Source: Azolla caroliniana (Eukaryota; Plantae; Polypodiophyta). From it: DNA of 64,000 nt. Numbering within the stretch: position 1 is the stretch's first letter; each line of letters starts with the position of its first letter. The stretch covers positions 20,584,001 to 20,648,000 of the forward strand of contig JBHGNT010000012.1 in the NCBI GenBank assembly GCA_043228905.1. Direction: 5' to 3'. The position numbers and the translations under genes were made by a program. The notes below the pieces were generated by a model. That model did not search any database and was not told the DNA's origin. It saw only the letters and a list, made by a program, of their open reading frames with translations. Positions 24,627 to 38,590 of this stretch are shown piece after piece.

Positions 24627-24860
24627 GTGGAGATATACAAAAGGTTGAGTCCTCCCATGCATGCACCTACGAAGATTTACACCCTACACAATGAATGACC
24701 TTAACCATTTGGGTGGAGATAAAAAAAGGTTGATTCCTCCCATGCATGCACCTACTAAGATTTACACCCTACATAATGAATGACCTTAACCATTTGGGTG
24801 GAGATAAAAAAAGGTTGATTCCTCCCATGCATGCACCTACTAAGATTTACACCCTACTCT
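24627..24860. repeat. ~85-bp tandem repeat, ~2.7 copies
   Basis: gtggagat...aaaaggttga.tcctcccatgcatgcacctac.aagatttacaccctac starts at ~24627, ~24713 and ~24798. Confidence 0.85.
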
Positions 24861-26619
24861 TTTCCCCACACAATGAATAAGCTTAACCATTTGGCTACTC
24901 GCGTTTGTTATTATTTTTCTCTTGTCATGATATACAGATATTACTTCTACCCTCAAATTACCCTTCTTCTCTTTTCTAACCTAGCATATCATGACAACAT
25001 GAGAGAAATGAAAAATAAAATTAAGATCATAAAACCCAAGTAGTATCTCTAAATCAAGTTACATCTTTTAGGGGAGTTAAAGCTTATGCAATGACACCCA
25101 AAGTAGTGAAGGGAAGAAATCACTTGCCAATACTAACAATGCTTCATCTAGAATACCTCCCTTTTTTAATCTTTCCAAGTTTGCATTCAATGGAAAAGCA
25201 CAACCATGAAAATAGCTATTTGATCAAAATAAAGGAGAAATAGGAAGGATGAGATCTTGTTCGAGTCTAAAATAAAGAGTTATCAAAATTATTTCTAGAC
25301 TATAGGTGTGGACCATCCTCCAACTTTAACAAATGGCATGGTCTTATATCCGCTCCGAGTGAACATCAATCAACCTTCTTCATGTCTTTGGCTTCCTCAC
25401 AAGCACAACTACTGAAAATACCCACCTTGTCATAAGTTACCAATCAATCCTAAAGAAAAATGACCTAAGAGAAAATATTGATATAACCCAGTGTGGTATA
25501 AGTAAATATTGATGCTAGCTTTCTTTTTTTATTAAATATCAATAAATAGGAAGAGGATTTTGCAAGATGTTGGTCCTATAGAAAATAATCTAAGAGAAAA
25601 TTTCAATAAAGCCTCTAGTATTATGAATAATATTGGTTCATTTTTTATGGATATGGCAATATTTAAAAGAAGTACTAACGTAAAGGTAGTATCGATATTA
25701 TTCCTACAACAAGAGGAAAATTTAATATATTTTCCTTCATCATGAATCATAATGTAGGGATAATCATGAAATAGTTGCGCATCAGAATTTGACACTTGAC
25801 ACTCTTTGTGAATGAAGTGCCCCAAAAAACTTGAGAGTTCCACATTGTCAATGTTTTGACTCGTTTGTGCAACGTGTCAAAATCTTGGTTACAAATTAGT
25901 ACCACCGTCTATGCGTCAATATCTAAAAAGAATATATATGCAAACGTTTCAACATCGTACATGTATCATGGTTAAAATATGCACTTTGTTGTCTCGTCAT
26001 TTCCTAAATTTCTAGTAACATATACTTTGTAATATGGAACCAATGCATGCGGTTACTACAAAGAAGCATATTGTACATCGCTCATAACAATTGACGTATT
26101 TCTAAAGAGGAGAGATAATTATGAAAGTGAGCGCAAGTATTTGTGGTTGTATATTTTGTAAATGATAATGTTGAATTCCAATAATACAATTTACCATTAC
26201 AATTTACAATATGTTAAATAACATAACATTATTCTTAACGAATATATATCCATGCAATTTCGATAAGGAGTCAAGCTTTTCAAATGGATGGTAAAGTATC
26301 GAAAATAACTAGAGTGTAATATTAAGCGAGTTATTCATTGCTTCTCCTTTTCATACACCCGTTAAAAGAGTCATGAAACAATTTTTTCCTCGTGATGTGT
26401 TAACCACCTACGACAAATATTTCTCATGATAATGTGGGCCTTAATTATAATCAATCACAACATCTCCACGTCAAAATAACTCTAAACCCAGTTATCACAA
26501 TATAGTTTTATGCCAATTTATTTCTACTACTAGTAAACCATTCTATTAATGCAAAAAGCGGATAGGTAAGCCCTTCAATTCCAAAAGGGTTCTTTAACAA
26601 AAAGAAAGTACGTGTTTTT

Positions 26620-26760
26620 GAGCATTGGAAAGACTTAAGATATGTTATTTTGGTTCGTGAAGAGAATACACTTGAATGAGAAACTTCTTGTTTTGAATGA
26701 GCATTGTGAATACCTAAGACATGTTATTTTGGTTTATGAAGAGAATACACTTGAATGAGA
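26620..26760. repeat. ~79-bp tandem repeat, 2 copies
   Basis: gagcattg...taaga.atgttattttggtt..tgaagagaatacacttgaatgaga occurs twice. Confidence 0.7.
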
Positions 26761-27953
26761 TGCTTGTGGTAAAAGAAATGAGCTCCTCAAGAGAATGGCA
26801 AGTTTCAATGTGGTTTCCGGTCATATTTCATTGCTCAATGGACTCCAATGTTTTTTTCTTTTCCATGTGTACGGATACTATCCCAAAATAGAACATTGAA
26901 GTTAAATTTGAGCATGAAAAAAAGTAAATTTTATCTCCCTATTACACAATATCTAATGAGATGACTTCAGAGAGACATAGTCGAGTTGAAAGTTGTGTTC
27001 CTTATTTACATCAAGCATGTGTTCCCAAAAAAATATCTAGACCATATATTTTGTTCGAAAGTTGTGTTCCTTATTTATGTCAACCATGTTTTCACAAAAA
27101 AATATCTAGAGTCCATATAAATTGTCTACTTGCACATGGAGTACAATGAGTCTGGCACACCAACTTTTCTTTAGACACCTAAACCCCTTAAATTGACAAG
27201 GAAAGCATGGAAATGGATTCAACGCATCGATGTATTCAACGCACATGATGTACTTGTCCAAATACATCACTCATTCATTGTTCTGAACAATGGCTTCTAT
27301 ACAATTTTTTGCATTCAATTCATTGCTCTAAAGGAAGTCTTGTATAATTTATGCATTCATGATGCACATAATTGTTTCTCATGAGTACATGAAAAACCCT
27401 AATGAGTAACAACAAAAGCAACTTCGGATCAAGTAGCTTACACGAAATCATTGATCAGACAATATGATAGACTTGGTTCCATGGGTCGTATTTTGCGTCG
27501 GAGAACATTAATGTGCTCCATACCCCCTCCTCCTTCCTGTGAAACATCACATAGCCTATTTATATAATAGGACAAAGGAAATAGGGTTCCATGCTTACAA
27601 AGAAGCCAACAAATATTCTAACAAGGCACACATCACAACCAAACATGAATGTGCCACATCATCCTGCACTTTGAGCATAGCTCTAGCCACCTGGTGAATG
27701 ATTCACTTCATGAATTATTCTTTGTTAATCTCTCTTTCTCTTGACTAAATTTATGGAGGGGTGAGCTAGTGTAACTATTCTCACTAGATAAAGCTAAGTT
27801 GTAGCCTTTTCTAGAGAAGGTTAATGAATGCATCCTTACCAACTCTCCCCAAGTGTGAACTAATACTTCTTCTACTACCTACACACTTACAAGAAGTGTT
27901 CCTAAAACTTCTCCCCAATACTACTACTACTACTTGGTAGTGGTGGTGGTGCC

Positions 27954-29733
27954 ATGGCTTCTTCCTCCCCCTCTTCTTCTTCTTCTTCTTCTTCCTTTTC
28001 TTCTTCTCCTCCTCCCTCTTCCTCGTCCTCATCCTCCTCCTCTTCGGAAATAGACCCCGCCGCGGCATGCTTTCACATGGTCTTATTCCCATACCCGATA
28101 ACGGGCCACATCCGGCCCCTAGTGAGCTTCGGTCATGCCCTCGTCGCCTCATATAGCAAATTTTCACCAAATAACCCTCACATTAACCAACCCCAACCCC
28201 AACCCCAACTAAGGATCACAATCATCCACACCGAGGCGAACCTCCACAACATTAGAAAACAGGATAGTAGTATCAATGAGAGCTCCCCCGGTGTCCGGGA
28301 CACAAACCAAGTTCACCTCCTCTCGATCTCCGATGGCCTCCCGCTAGACTTTGACCGAGCCGTGAATTACCCGGCTTTCTTCATGTCGATCCAACGGATG
28401 GGACCCGCATTGCTGGCGCGCCTGGCCGAGATCCGCTCGCAACACGGCCACATCTCGTGCCTCGTGTCAGACCCTAACTACCCATGGATCCTCGATCTCG
28501 CACGAAGCATAGACCTCCCCTGTCTCCTATTTGTTACTGACTCCGCATCGGCTTTCGCTGCCTCTTTATACGCTCGGCGGCTCCACAAGGAGGGGTTTAT
28601 CGGAAACAAAGGTAGGTAATTGTTGCAAGTACTCCCCAAGGAAGTAGAAATGTCTATTATATTGAAATCGTTGATTGATTGATTGAATTGAATTGAAACT
28701 TGGGGTCAATGTAGGCCCGCTTCCGGATCGACCGATCGATTTTATCCCGGGATTGCCGGGATTGCCAGCCGACGTTCTCCCCTTTCCACCCATCCAGCTT
28801 AGCGAATTCTTCTTCGAGCTCCGACTAAGCATGTACGACAAGGTCAGCGGGGCGGCCGGGATCCTCATCAACACAGTGTACGAGCTCGAGAAGGAAGTGA
28901 TGGATGGCATAAATATCCCGAGGCCGAAGCCAGAGGCATCTTCAGTGCCCATATTCGCGGTCGGGCCATGTGTGGAAGGGGCCGAGAGGTTGGGGTCATT
29001 GGCATGTTCGCTATCGTGTGGCGGCGGAGGGAGAGATATGGAGGAAGAAAGGCAGGTGTTGGCATGGCTAGATGGGAAGGAGGCAGGGAGTGTGGTATAC
29101 ATATGCTTCGGAACATTTGCCCGGCCAATGGACGAGGAGTCACGACAGATCGGGGCGGCGTTACGGGCGAGCCGCGTGCCATACCTATGGGCCGGCCAAC
29201 GCGGTAGCGTGCAACTTAAGCAAATCTTGGACATGAATGGTGATGATGAAGGAAAAGATGGTGAGGGATTAGTGGTGGAATGGGCACCCCAAACCGAGGT
29301 CTTGCGGCACCGGGCTGTCGGGGCATTCCTTACACACTGCGGTTGGAATTCGGTGATGGAGGCGACTATGGCCGGCACCCCGATGATATGCTTCCCGTTC
29401 GTGTTGGACCAACACATGTCATGCCGGCTTGTGGTCGACAAGTGGCGGACCGGCCTCCGCCTCGACCGCGGGCACGACCTCCGGCCACGCTTAACCTCCA
29501 TGCTTTCCCAACTCGTGCCACGTCCTGGTGCCCCGTGTTGTCCATGTCCGTGTCCAGTGAGAGCACGTGCACGGGAGCTCCGTCGCAAGCTTCTTGACAC
29601 GATGAGGACAAGGTCAAGGTCGAGTTGGGTGTCCATTGACAAGGACGATGAGGATAGTGAGGTAGTCGTGGGTAGGCCGGATTTAGTAACCAATGGCTTC
29701 CACGCCTTTCTCGACAACCTAACTTGTCATTGA
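27954..29733 (+). CDS. Family-1 UDP-glycosyltransferase (plant secondary-product UGT), 2 exons: 27954-28611 and 28715-29733, ~558 aa
   Basis: Catalytic-His motif HMVLFPYPITGHIRP, ISDGLP and CLVSD. PSPG box WAPQTEVLRHRAVGAFLTHCGWNSVMEATMAGTPMICFPFVLDQ. The phase-1 GT-AG intron 28612-28714 joins the two ORFs in frame. Ser-rich N-terminus. Confidence 0.93.
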
Positions 29734-29972
29734 CACCCTAGATATCGGCATGAATTTGTGTTTTGTTTTGGTGGGTAGGTCGGATTTAGTAACCAATGGC
29801 TTCCACGTGTTTCTCGACAACCTAGTGTCATCGACACCGTTGATATCGGCATGAATTTGTGTTATGTTTAGGTGGGTAGGCCGGATTTAGTAACCATGGG
29901 CTTCCACGCATTTCTCGACAACCTAGTTCATCTACACCATTGATATTGGCATGAATTTGTGTTTTGTTTTGG
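29668..29972. repeat. ~102-bp tandem triplication spanning the UGT stop codon
   Basis: gtgggtagg.cggatttagtaacc...ttctcgacaaccta...ggcatgaatttgtgtt starts at ~29668, ~29771 and ~29872. Confidence 0.9.
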
Positions 29973-30059
29973 ATGATGATGATGGCATGGATTGTATGGG
30001 TTTTTGGATGATAATGATGATGATGATGGCATGGATTTGTATGGGTTTTTGGAGGATGA

Positions 30060-31465
30060 TGATGATGATGATGATGATCGTCATACATGTCACGTGATTT
30101 TGCTTGACAACTATCCATCATTCACAAGTGTGACAAGAGAAGTCCATTGACTTAGTTAGACAGCTCATGATATGTTATGTTTGCACTTTACCCCTTGTAA
30201 TAGAATATACTGTCTTTAAAAATGGAATCTTCACTTTGTCTATGGCTTGCACTATCTTTCTTTTTAGATGTAAGAAAATGAATATCATCTCTAGTGAATT
30301 GACTATTTTCTTTTATATAGCTTTTGTTGGGTAAGGTGGGCCTCAGTGTGACATCGACATAAATGTAATTTACCATGTTATTTTCTATTAATGTTATGTT
30401 TGTTTGCCGTAGTGCTTGGTAAATTAGAATTGTTAGGTAGTCCACATTTATGCATTCAATTAGATAGAGTACTATATGTTCCTCTTCAATGGCACTATGC
30501 GTACATATGTATATCATCTCTCCTTAAGCATAAGAGCAATCCTTAGGAACATATTGTCTATGAAGTGTATGTGGCCTATTGTTTATTTTTGCCCACAAAC
30601 AAAACTCCTTTCATTAGTTATTACAATTGAGAATGCTATATACATATCTCAGAAAGACTCGATAGTTCCATTTTATGTGGGCTTTTGGATGATGATCATG
30701 CATGTCACTTGACTTTGTTTGATAACCTATCCATCATTGGCAAGTTTGACGAGAGAAGTCCATTGACTTTGTTAGATCTCGTGATATTTGCTTGCAATGT
30801 ACCCCTTGTAATAGAATATACTATCTTTAAAATGAAATCTTCATTGTCTCTATTTCTTATCCATCTTTCTTTTTAGATTCAAGAAAATAAATATATCTCT
30901 AATGAATTGACTATTTTCTTTTATATAGCTTTTGTTGGGTAAGGTAGGTTTAAGTGACATCAACATAATGTAATCTACTGTGTTATTTTCTATGAATGTT
31001 ATGTTCATTTGTCATAGTGCTTGGTAATTAGAATTGTTAGGGAGTCCACATTGTGCATTCATTGAAATAGGGTTTAGGTATCACAATGCCTTACGACTTT
31101 CATGGAGTGTGTGTCGGCATACATCCTAGTATTGTTCTGGCTCAAGCAAGCTTAACTATCAATGCTTGAAGCATAAGGACAACCAGAAAATTCATGACTT
31201 ATGTTTTTATAATTTCTTCTCACTTTTTGCCTTAAAAAAAGTTTTACCTTATAGTAAATAATGAATACAAAAGTATGGTATTTACCATACTTCGAGGGTG
31301 TTTATCATATTCGAATGTTTGAAACATACTTGAATGTGAATGCACGTATGGTACGTATGGTTCATACTATGGCACCATGCATACATGCATATATCATCTC
31401 TCCTTAACCACAAGAGCAATCCAAACAAACATAATTTCCATGAGGTGTATGTGGCCTATTGTTAA
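30060..31465. repeat. Older ~0.6-kb direct duplication downstream of the UGT
   Basis: 30060-30585 resembles 30688-31465 (gagaagtccattgact, cccttgtaatagaatatact, gaattgactattttcttttatatagc, tgtatgtggcctattgtt). The second copy has a ~300-bp insert. Confidence 0.75.
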
Positions 31466-33460
31466 TGTTAGTAGAGTAGATTCTCTTGCTACACTTTCTT
31501 TTTCTTATAGGTCATGTTGCCTAAAGTCTTAGCATCATCATCTCTCTCTTTTTGAAGTGTTCCATGTATTCACTTTCTTATGTCGTGCATGGTTGGGAAC
31601 ATCTTTGTGACAAAAGAATTTAAGTATTCGATTCAGGCAAGACTCTCAAGCATGATCTTGATTTAAAGAGATTTGATCTTTTATGTGTGTCATATCAATC
31701 ACAAACAATCTAATTCACACAAGCACTCAAATTTATTTGACCAAACACGAGTATGTACAAGATAGTCATTAACGCATTTAGAGAACTAGAATGTAAGAAA
31801 TGATTGATCATGATCGAAAGGTTGGAAAATAAGGTTATGGGCCCTGCCTATGGGCTCTGCCAGGGTGCTTGTATCACGATAGAAGTCAGCAGTATACATT
31901 GCAGAAGAAGCAAAGAAATGGAACAAGCAAAAAACGATAATGATTCTATGAAGAAGAAAAGATGAGACAACAAAGTAGGAGGATCGTGAATTCTCGATTG
32001 CTTCTTTGTGTTTTCTTTGACTCACTACAAAGTTTTTTAGGCAACATCAAATCTTCAAAATTTCACGTCAAATAAATGCATCTCCTCTTAAATGAAATTC
32101 CTAACCATGTCACATCACATTGAAATAATATCAAGTGATTGCTTCATTTCCTTGAATTGTTTTAGTAAATAACAAGCATTTCCCCGAACGAGTTTGTGAA
32201 GATTCAATACATACATAGATTCCAACCATCACTTTTAGTACAACGAGAGTAAATTCTACAAGCATCTCACATCACCTCCAAAACTTTGGACATGTAGGAG
32301 CATCTTATTATAGTACATGCGCACCTTCACATGCCCATGCTCATTAAATTTTGATGTGTTCTTATGGGGATTATTATTTACTTCCAACAAAACATGTCAT
32401 GTTGATGGAGTTCTCTTGGGTCCATTTGAAAACTGGTATGTAGCATTTTTTCATAAATCACATGTATACACATGCTTACTAGAATTTCAACGTAGAGTTT
32501 GTTGGAATTCTAGAGGTAGTGGGTGTAATTGGGGCATTTGTCTCTTTTGCAATATTCTGCATAATTGCTAGTTCTCCAAAGGACAATATTTAGTATTAAT
32601 AATTCCTTTGTATCTAATGGTGGTTTTACATATTTCTTTTATACATGTTTCTTATACATTGGGGTCATTTTGACAATAAGAAAGGGTTCATTGAGAATAA
32701 ATGACCCCACATTCTTAAAATGTTCGTAGAGATTTGAGAGTATAAAAGTATGCATACATCTTATACAAGTATCAACAAGCTACCGTTTCAATTAATTTTA
32801 GGATTTACTTTTGCATTAGTTGGCTACTGATAAGGAAGGCCTCACTCTGTGCATTCATTGCATTAACAATTCTTCAATGACACTTGCGTAACAATCTCGT
32901 CAACTCTTTTCTTGTTCTTCTTTTCATAAATATAAACGTATTGCTTATGGAATATCAAAGCCAACTATGAATAAGTCAAAGACAAATGATATTTTATTTC
33001 AAACGAAATCGTGTAGACTTTCTAAAGCCATGTGATGAAAAGGCCAACACAGAAAAGGAGAATATGATGCCTTACCACTTAACTTATTTGGAATTGGAAC
33101 TCTACTACCATAACATCTCCAAAGTTTCCAATAGTGAGAATTGTTGGAAGTTAGGTCGTCAATGCGGAATGATCGAGAAGCATTCAGTTCTGTTCTGTAC
33201 CTGCGTATGACAGTTCGTAGGTCGTTGCACAGAGAGAGAGAGAGAGAGAGAGAGAGGCACAAAAGAGTCTTTATTTCATAAAGCAAATAATACAACAACC
33301 AACCTCACAAAGAGGTTACAAGGTCACTATATATAGTGACTGACTTAGGGCAACTACCCTTTATGCTAATTACATAAATGGCCAAAACGAGATAGTGTGA
33401 ATACGTCCATTATACACATGTATTCGACACTCCCCCGTAATGGGCGTATACATGGGTTAT

Positions 33461-33788
33461 CTAAGATTACAGGTATAGACTTAGGTTCTCGGACATATCA
33501 GCTTTGTTCGAGTCGGCAGGGTCCGAAGGCAGAAGACCGAACTGGTCGGGTCGGAACGGTTGAAGCCGATCATTAAGGAACTGATGTCGGTTGTCGGGAA
33601 CCATCCTGCTCTGTGTCCGGCTCTAAGATTACAGGTATAGACTTAGGTTCTCGGACATATCAGCTTTGTTCGAGTCGGCAGGGTCCGAAGGCAGAAGACC
33701 GAACTGGTCGGGTCGGAACGGTTGAAGCCGATCATTAAGGAACTGATGTCGGTTGTCGGGAACCATCCTGCTCTGTGTCCGGCTCTAA
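33461..33788. repeat. Perfect 162-bp tandem duplication in the copia 3' UTR
   Basis: ctaagattacagg...ctctgtgtccggct starts at 33461 and 33623, with tctaa microhomology at the junctions. Confidence 0.9.
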
Positions 33789-36700
33789 CCGGACTGGTTT
33801 GTCGTTACGCCCATCTGATGCCGAAGAGACCGAAAACGGTCTGCCGAAAGACACTTGGTCATTCCATCTGCGACATTGTCGGTTGTGGATATTTTCTCTA
33901 GACCGATTTTCCCTGAAATGACGCAGTCCCGAACGAAGTGATATCGAACGTCGATATGTTTGGAGGCGTTGTGGTGGACCGGATTTTTCGACAAGGCAAC
34001 AGCACCTTGACTGTCGCTGTAGACAACTGGAGCCGAGTCATGGTCGACTTGTCGAAACGTGTGCGCCAGCCGACCGAGCCACAAAGCTTCTTTTGTTGCG
34101 TCGGACGCAGCTACATATTCTGCTTCGGTCGTTGAGGTCGCTGTGCACTCCTGAAGTTTCGACTTCCACGAGATTGCTCCATTGCCGAATTTGAAGCAGT
34201 ATCCGGTTGTTGATTTCCGACTGTCTATACAGCCGGCGAAGTCCGAGTCGGTGTAACCGACTACGCCTGAGGTTCGGTTCGGACCGAAAAGAATGCCGTG
34301 GTCTTTTGTGCCAGCCAGATATCTGAACACATGCTTGACTGCGTTCCAATGCGATCGGCCAGGATTGTGCATAAATCTGCTAACGACTCCTACGGCGTGA
34401 GAAATATCAGGCCGTGTCGCGACCATCAGGTACATAAGGGAGCCGACTGCCAGTGCATACGGTACCGACTTCATATCTTCCCCCTCCGGGCCGATGTCGG
34501 GCAGTCTCGCTGAGAGAGCCGAAGATTCATTGGGAGCGGGGTTGAAGCAGATTTGGCTGATTGCATGTTGAAGCGTTCCAAGACACGTCGGATATAGTCG
34601 GTCTGAGACAAAAAAAGATGTCGTTTATCGCGATGCCGACTGATCTTCATGCCAAGGATGTGTCGTGCCGGACCGAGGTCCTTCATGGCAAACTTCAACC
34701 GCAGTTGCCGAATGAGATCGGCAAGTTCGCCCGCGTGGCGTCCAGAAATTAGCATGTCGTCCACGTAAATGATGAGGAAGATGGGTGATCCACCTTGAGC
34801 TGTGTTGGTGAAGAGACAATGGTCCTCATCGCTTTTGGAGAAGCCGATCGATTGGATGAAGTCGTCGAACTTCTTGTACCATTGTCGTGGTGCCTGTTTG
34901 AGGCCGTATAGACTCTTCCTGAGTCGGCAGACTAGATGTTCTTGGCCAGGTGCCACGAAGCCTTTTGGCTGCTCCATATAAATTTCCTCCTCAAGATCAC
35001 CATGGAGGAAGGCTGTTTTGACATCTAGCTGAATCAGCTCCAAGTTGTCGGCTGCCACTACGCCGAGTAGAAAGCGAAGGGTTGTCATTTTCACCACTGG
35101 TGAAAAAATCTCGTCGAAGTCGACGCCATATTCTTGTCGGAAGCCCTTCGCAACTAATCTGGCCTTGTACTTTGGGGTGGTTGAATCAGACGTCTCTTTT
35201 AGTCGATAAACCCACTTGCAAGGAAGAGCACGTCGGTTCCTGGGTAATTCGACCAGATCCCAAGTCTTGTTTGCTCGAATGGAGTGCATTTCCGACTCCA
35301 TCGCCAGATGCCAGGTGGCGGAATCGACAGATGTCGATGCTTCTTCGTAAGACGTCGGTTCGCCGGCGTCGGTGAAGAAGATTCCAGGAGAATACCTCTC
35401 CGGAGGTTGCGACAGTCTCTCGGATCGTCGAGGTATGATTGGACTGGTCGCATCGGGTATCGAGGTCGGATGGTCCGAAACCGAATCATTCGGCTGTGCC
35501 GAGTCAGAGTTGTCCGAGTCGGTAGTGTAAGGTTCAGCTACCCGTGAAGCTGACCGTGTGTTGAGAGCGGGGCCTTCTTGAAGGGTCGGTACATCGGAAA
35601 ATGTTACCCTTCGGACTTCGATCGGTTTTTCGACTGATGGATTCATAGCCGACTCGTTGAACACAACGTCCGAACTTCGAACGATTTGTCTGCGTTCGGG
35701 GTCCCAGAGTCGGTATCCCATTTCGCCGTCGGATCCATATCCAAGGAAAATGCATTTCCTGGACTGAGGTGCAAGTTTTCGGCGATCATCTTTCGGAATA
35801 AGGGCATACGCCTCGCATCCGAAGATCCTCAGCTTGTCGTAATTCGGCTTACTGCCGATCCATAGTTCCTGAGGAATTTGAAGTCCTAGAGGTCTACTTG
35901 GCGACATATTGATTATGTGTACTGTCGTGAGTAGAGCCTCTGCCCAGAAGCCATCCGACAGTCGGGAGTGTTGGAGCATGGAAACTATCCGTTCTTGGAT
36001 TGTCCGATTCATTCGTTCTGCAATCCCGTTTTGCTCCGGACTGTGTGGTGCCGTAAATTCACGTCTGATGCCGCGTTGTCGGCAGAATTTGACGAATTCT
36101 TCGGATTTGAACTCTCCCCCATTGTCGGTCCGAAAGCATTTCAGTTTTCGGCCGGTTTGATTTTCTACCATAGCGAGCCAATCTGAGAAGATCGAGAAGA
36201 CCCGATCTTTGGTGCGAATTGGATAAGCCCACACCTTTCGAGTCGAATCGTCAATAAAAGTGACGAAGTAAGAGGCACCGCCAAGAGACTGATGCGGCAT
36301 TGGGCCGCAGACGTCCGAGTGGACTAAATCGAGAGGTCTCGTTTCTCTTGGTGCTGATGTCGGGTGTGATGCGGCTACTTGTTTGCCATACTGGCAATGC
36401 TCGCAGAATTGATGGTCCGAGAAGGAGAGTTTGGGGATGTATCCGGCTCTAGATAGGTGCGTGATGCCGGCCTTGCTGAGGTGTCCTAATCTTCGGTGCC
36501 ATAGTGATGACACAGGAATATCCACCAGAAACAGGTTACCCTCTCTGAGTGTAACATGTAACGGATACAGTGAGTGTATCTTGGGTCCTCTAGCAAGCAG
36601 GAGGTTCCCCCTGTGGAGTGTCCACCCTCCCGAAGAGAAGCCGGCACGAATGCCGTCTTCATCTAGTTGTCCGACTGAGATCAATGGCCTTGAGAGCTCG

Positions 36701-37800
36701 GGTACATGTCGGACATTGTGAAGTACGAGTGTAGAGCCACCTGCAAGGTTGAGCTCTACTGTGCCGATTCCGATGATGTCACAGTGTTGTGAGTTGCCGA
36801 CTCGAACTGAGTCGGAGTGACGGATCGTATATTGCCGAAATTGGGACCGATGAGGAGTCACGTGAAATGACGCGCCCGAATCTAAGAGCCATGTGCTCGA
36901 TTCTTCAGTCGTGAGTAGAACTTCTGATCCGACTGGATTTTCGATTGATAGTATATTCGGGTCGTCCGGTAGTACATCAGCTGAGGAGCTGACGTAATTG
37001 ATCTCCTCATGCCGGCCACTCTTCTTGTTGTTCTTGTTCTTGAGTGCACGGCAGTCGGCTTTGATGTGTCCGGGTTTCTTGCAATAGTTGCAGGTTCGGT
37101 TATCCCGTGACTGGCTCCGTCTTCGTTGATTGTTCGGCGGCCGTGAGGAATCTCTTCCTCGTATGTTCGATCGGTCTGTCGAACCTTGTACTACGTAAGC
37201 GTCGTCTGTTGAGTCTTTGGCGAAAGACTTTCTCCGAGCTGCTTCGGTCAGGATTGCGCTCGTGACTTCGGAGTATTTGACAGCCGTGGTTGACGCGTTG
37301 CACACGGTTGTGACGAAAGTTTCCCATGATGAGGGAAGGCTGCTCATGAGTATCATTGCTCTGAGTTCATCCTCGATTGCCGTCCCCTGTGACGAGATTT
37401 GGGAGCTTATGCTTTCGTACTCGTTGAGGTGTGCTTGAACCGAATCGAATTCTTTCATCCGCAAGTTGTAGAGGCGTCGGATCAGAAACATCTTCGTTGC
37501 GGCGACCTTCTTTTCGTAAGTGTCCGACAGTGTTTTCCACAGTTCGAATGCTGTCGTACACGATTGCACCGTAAAGTATACCGACTCCGATAGGTGCATC
37601 CGAATCGTGGCGCGGACGATTCTGTCCAGCTTCTGCCACTCAATTGGTTTGTATCCTTCTGGTGGTTCTTCATTTTCGATGGGATCGATTTGTCCCTTGA
37701 CTATGAGATAGTCCTGCATTTGCTCCTTCCAGAAGTTGAAGTTCGATCCATCGAACTTTCGTAGACTCATTTCTGATGAGCCGGATGTTGATGCCATCAA
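33785..37800 (-). CDS. Copia gag-pol polyprotein (gag, CCHC, protease, integrase, RT, RNase H) with one frameshift at ~34490
   Basis: ORFs of 1109 aa and 229 aa; CNYCKKPGHIKADC, WLLDSGAS, HSDVCG..TDNGGEF..E, YVDDML, YTDSDFAG..EAEY. Confidence 0.95.
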
Positions 37801-38555
37801 ATGCGGTTTCGGTTGACGAAGCTCGGTTCGGAGTTGACTACGAACCTTGTTGGAGTGCAGCCAGTTGGCTCACCCGATATCGTTCTAGTCGGATTTGAAC
37901 CCGAGTCGGTTCGGCTTCGGAACTTGCTCGAATTGACTCCGGTAACTTGAGGGACAGAACCGACTGGTCTTCCCGAATGTTGCCGAGTCGGAGTGAGCCT
38001 GGTTCGCTTCGGATATATATGCCGAATACCGATTATTGAAACCGATTATTTGGACCGATTCTGCTTCGGTTGACTGCAGCAACGGGAGAGACGGATCCAA
38101 CTGATCCTCCCGAATGTCGATCAGCCAGATGAAGCACGAATTTGGGGTTGTTGTCTTAAGACCGATCTGCACTGAGTGGTTACAACGAGCAGCGAGCAGC
38201 GTTCAACGAACTTTTCGGATGCCGTTTAACCGAATGGAGCACGATCGTGTCAATGATGCACAAGGGGATTTCACCTCGAGCGGTTACGATCACTGGGAAC
38301 GGAGTACAACCTGCTGGCTTACTCCAAACAAAGATGATCTAACGCGATGAGATGCAAACCTGGTTTTTCTTCTTCTTCTCTCTTCTTCGAATGACGCAGG
38401 AAACCGAATGCAGAGACGACGGCCGACAGCGGATTGAGGGACCGACTACTGTGCATGCTCTGATACCAGATGTTGGAAGTTAGGTCGTCAATGCGGAATG
38501 ATCGAGAAGCATTCAGTTCTGTTCTGTACCTGCGTATGACAGTTCGTAGGTCGTT

Positions 38556-38590
<35 letters not shown>

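Noticed and set aside
28566-29717. 383-aa antisense ORF over the UGT
   Set aside because: It is a shadow of a GC-rich coding exon with no recognisable motifs.
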